Shown: positions 61,125 through 64,000 of the stretch, piece by piece
How the letters are laid out: each line of letters starts with the position of its first letter
Numbering within the stretch: the stretch's first letter is position 1
Assembly (NCBI GenBank): GCA_963665095.1
Contig: OY762069.1
Location: 3,520,001-3,584,000, forward strand
Length of the DNA: 64,000 nucleotides
Reading direction: 5' to 3'
Source: an uncultured Desulfobacter sp.
GTDB lineage: Bacteria > Desulfobacterota > Desulfobacteria > Desulfobacterales > Desulfobacteraceae
The notes under the pieces: generated by a model
Told to the model about the DNA's origin: nothing
Seen by the model: the letters and a program-made list of their open reading frames with translations, nothing else
Database searches by the model: none
Program-made: the position numbers and the translations under genes

Positions 61125-63365
61125 TCAGGTGGGTTTAGGCCGCGACCCGGTTTCTGGACCTGCCGGAAACCGGATGGTCAGCATTGTGCCTGTCTCATCG
61201 TCAGAGGTCATCTCTATTTCTCCGTTATGGATCTGTGTAAATAGTTTGGCAGAATATGTACCTAAACCGGTACCTCCTGATTTGCCAAAGGTGGCATATT
61301 TATCAAAAAAGTGGGGGAATATCTGATCCGGAACTTTTCCCTTATTATGTATCCGGACCTGAATGTGACCTTGGGTCCGGCTTAAAAAAACGGATACGTT
61401 GCCATCTTCGGGACTGGCCTCTATCGCATTTTTTAATAAATTCTGAAACAGGGTGACGCACAGGATCTCTTCGCCGGGGGCTATAAAAGCCTCTTGCCCG
61501 TAATCGGCCCCCTCTTTGATGTCAAAACGGATAGAAATTTCCATTTGAGATGAAAAGCCCTCAAGCTCATCAATCACACGTTGAACCAGTTCTTTAAAAT
61601 TTATATCAATGGGAGCAAACTGATACTGTTCCATCTCCATCTTATACAGGTTCAAGGACATGTTGATCATTTCAATCATCCTGAATCCGGCAACTTTGAT
61701 ATTGTCCAGATATTTTTCCTGGAGAGCTGTCAACCCTTTTTCCCTGCGGATCAGGGCAGGAATATTGATAATGCCGGTCAAAGGCCCTTTAAGATCATGC
61801 CGGGTGATATGCTCCACCTCTTCTTTTAATTTTTCCAGTTTTTTTCGCTCATTTACGTCAATAATAAAACTGTCCACCCATTTTACGTCTGCAATGTTTC
61901 TGTCCTCTCTGATGCAGGCGTTAATGGAGACCCAGATGTCACTTCCGTCTTTTTTTCTGGCTTTGCATTCAAAATTTTCCGTTACCCGGTTCTGTTTTAA
62001 AATATTCTGAAAATGGCGATATTCGGCCGGGTCGGCAAACAGGTTCTCCCCCTTGCGGCCTATCCCATCCATGAGTGCCTCCTGGGAATCATACCCAAGA
62101 ATTTGCGCACAGGCAGGATTCAGTGACAAGGCCTCTCCCCTGGTTGTCTGACTGGCAATGCACACCGGGGCCTCCTGGAGAATATGTCTGAATTTTTCTT
62201 CTGCCTCTGTCCTGAAGCGCATCTCCTTTTGAAGCAAAAGATTGGCCTCTTCAAGGTCCTTGGTTCTTTCCTGGATAACCAGTTCAAGTTTCTGTATGCC
62301 CAGCTTCCAGGAGGCAAAAAGGATGGTTTCCACCAGGGCAAACACCATCAGACCGTATAATATATTGATTAGAAGGCCTTTTTTAAGAGCGTGGAGCTCT
62401 GGTGAAATGTCATGCCAGGCCACAATGTGCCCAGCAGGTTTCCCTTTGGGCAGGGAAGCCTGCCGGTAATCCTTGAATGGAAAGGAGCTGATAGCAAGGG
62501 GCGGGTCTCTTTCTGACAAGATCAGGGGGTGGTTGTTGAAGATCACATCAATGACCTCAGGCATTTTTAAAAGAGGCAGATCTTCTGCCTTTGCCTCCTC
62601 AATCACTAAACTGTCGCCGATAAGGTCTTTTTCCAGGCGGGAGTTTAGATATTCCGGCCAGACATATTTTTCCAGATGGTCCCGGTTCAAAAGAGCTGCA
62701 ATATGATAACCTGTTGCAGAACTAAGATAGTTAACAAGAGACGCCATGGAGGTGCCCGCTTCCAACGCGCCCACATGAACCTGTTTTCCTGTGTGAGGAT
62801 CGGTGGCAAACACCGGAACCACACCACGGATCCCTGAATAGACCCGTCCGGTTTCAAAGCCTTTGGTGGGTGCCTGTGTTCTATTGCAGTCCACAACTGT
62901 ATATCGAACTTCGTCCATTCGGTCCCCGAATTTATGCGGCGCATGGACCCGGAGGAAAGAAAGGGAGCCTGGCCCGAGATGAAAATGCAGCTGCCTGACA
63001 TCGTAATTCTTCTGCATTTTGTCCCATCCGGGTTTCACGTGGGCAAAAAGCGCTGCCCGCATACGGGCCGCTTCCCTGCCGCCAGGGCCGCCGCCTTCTG
63101 CTTCCACTGCCAGCTTCCCTTTGAGAAAAGCTTCGGGGACATGAATGTCATTTGCAATGTAGGTGGCGATCTGCTGCATGTTGGTGGCACTGGACATCAA
63201 CGATATTTGAAATCCGGAGCGCAACGCATCATTGCGTCTTCCAATTTCCTGGTCCAGCATCTGCCAGTTAGATTGGTAATTGATGAATATAAAAAACGAA
63301 TCCGTGAGGACGATTACTGCGGTAACAACCCAGAACGCCTGCCACGGGCGGGAAATCGTTGTCAT
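61125..63365 (-). CDS. Sensor histidine kinase (dCache_3-PAS-HisKA-HATPase)
   Basis: LHFH...SFLRVHAPHKFGD, PAS, RHDLKGPL, NLLKNAIEA, GTGLGTY. Confidence 0.9.
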   Translation of the reverse strand: MTTISRPWQAFWVVTAVIVLTDSFFIFINYQSNWQMLDQEIGRRNDALRSGFQISLMSSATNMQQIATYIANDIHVPEAFLKGKLAVEAEGGGPGGREAARMRAALFAHVKPGWDKMQKNYDVRQLHFHLGPGSLSFLRVHAPHKFGDRMDEVRYTVVDCNRTQAPTKGFETGRVYSGIRGVVPVFATDPHTGKQVHVGALEAGTSMASLVNYLSSATGYHIAALLNRDHLEKYVWPEYLNSRLEKDLIGDSLVIEEAKAEDLPLLKMPEVIDVIFNNHPLILSERDPPLAISSFPFKDYRQASLPKGKPAGHIVAWHDISPELHALKKGLLINILYGLMVFALVETILFASWKLGIQKLELVIQERTKDLEEANLLLQKEMRFRTEAEEKFRHILQEAPVCIASQTTRGEALSLNPACAQILGYDSQEALMDGIGRKGENLFADPAEYRHFQNILKQNRVTENFECKARKKDGSDIWVSINACIREDRNIADVKWVDSFIIDVNERKKLEKLKEEVEHITRHDLKGPLTGIINIPALIRREKGLTALQEKYLDNIKVAGFRMIEMINMSLNLYKMEMEQYQFAPIDINFKELVQRVIDELEGFSSQMEISIRFDIKEGADYGQEAFIAPGEEILCVTLFQNLLKNAIEASPEDGNVSVFLSRTQGHIQVRIHNKGKVPDQIFPHFFDKYATFGKSGGTGLGTYSAKLFTQIHNGEIEMTSDDETGTMLTIRFPAGPETGSRPKPT

Positions 63366-63452
63366 AAGTTACGATACTTTTATAATTATTGATTTATGTA
63401 GCTTACCATATATCTTTAAATGTAAAATTTCAATTATTACGATTTATTGAAA

Positions 63453-64000
63453 TTATTTTTCGGGGAACAAATTGTCTTCAAACAGTTTTATAAATTTATG
63501 TTCCGGCATGGGGCGGCCAAAAAAATAGCCCTGAACAATGTCACACTTTAATTTTCCCAAAAGCGTTGCCTGGCCATCCTCTTCAACTCCCTCAGCAATA
63601 ACCTTGAGGCCTAAATTATGCGCCATGTCAATGATCGTTTTAACCATTATGGCATCGTTGGGGCTGATCAAAATCTGTCGGATAAACGAGATATCTATTT
63701 TAACATAGTCAATGGGCAGCTTTTGAAGATAGGCCAGGGAAGAGTACCCGGTCCCAAAATCATCCAGAGCAATGGTAAAGCCCATCTGTTTGAGCCGTTC
63801 AAGATTCTGCGCCGCTTTTTCCGGGCTGGACATGACAGTTGTCTCTGTAATTTCAAGCTCTATGCTTTCCGGAAGAATTTTGTTCTTTTTAAGGATGTCT
63901 GAAACATTATCGGCCAGGCCGTCCTGGTCCAGCTGCAAGGCTGAAACATTTACCGCAATATGCACATTGCTGTGGCCTGCCTGGTGCAATATTCTGCTGG
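63453..64000 (-). CDS. EAL-domain c-di-GMP phosphodiesterase, 3' part (gene starts beyond the window)
   Basis: AVNVS, LEITE, LDDFGTGYSSL, VKID, AEGVE, QGYFFGRP. Confidence 0.92.
   Translation of the reverse strand, partial: SRILHQAGHSNVHIAVNVSALQLDQDGLADNVSDILKKNKILPESIELEITETTVMSSPEKAAQNLERLKQMGFTIALDDFGTGYSSLAYLQKLPIDYVKIDISFIRQILISPNDAIMVKTIIDMAHNLGLKVIAEGVEEDGQATLLGKLKCDIVQGYFFGRPMPEHKFIKLFEDNLFPEK

Noticed and set aside
1..64000. CRISPR array, tRNA or rRNA genes
   Set aside because: No regularly spaced repeat array, cloverleaf or rRNA-like stretch was seen in the intergenic regions by eye; tRNAscan or Infernal would confirm.

Overview
Bacterial chromosomal window. Gene content and repeat style suggest an anaerobic, Desulfobacteraceae-like deltaproteobacterium (inference). 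From left to right it contains: (1) the 3' part of a tightly coupled operon aspA-hydF-[degenerate NiFe-hydrogenase large-subunit homolog]-[HydE-like radical SAM with a non-canonical CxCxDxxC motif]-[NifH-like]-[NifD-like]-[NifK-like]. This is the best candidate for an undescribed metallo-enzyme system. (2) An orphan B12/radical-SAM RiPP-type methyltransferase, an acyl-CoA synthetase, an ErcA-like ADH plus hybrid kinase, gap and another radical SAM protein. (3) A 2-oxoacid:ferredoxin oxidoreductase (VOR-type) operon followed by an intact 1310-bp IS4-family element with a 9-bp target duplication. (4) A ~15-kb TonB2-type/TonB-receptor/methyltransferase/Ni-peptide ABC/periplasmic FmdE uptake operon behind a structured attenuator-like leader. 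(5) A signalling and redox region: response regulator, HDOD protein, hybrid kinases, hemerythrin, a two-gene cytochrome bd-superfamily pair with 8 CxxCH motifs, Cache MCPs, HD-GYP, EAL and a decayed sensor kinase. Two copies of a ~130-bp hairpin repeat start exactly at TAG stop codons, and there is a perfect 64-bp palindrome. No rRNA, tRNA or CRISPR array was recognised. All product calls come from motif recognition by eye; no database searches were run.
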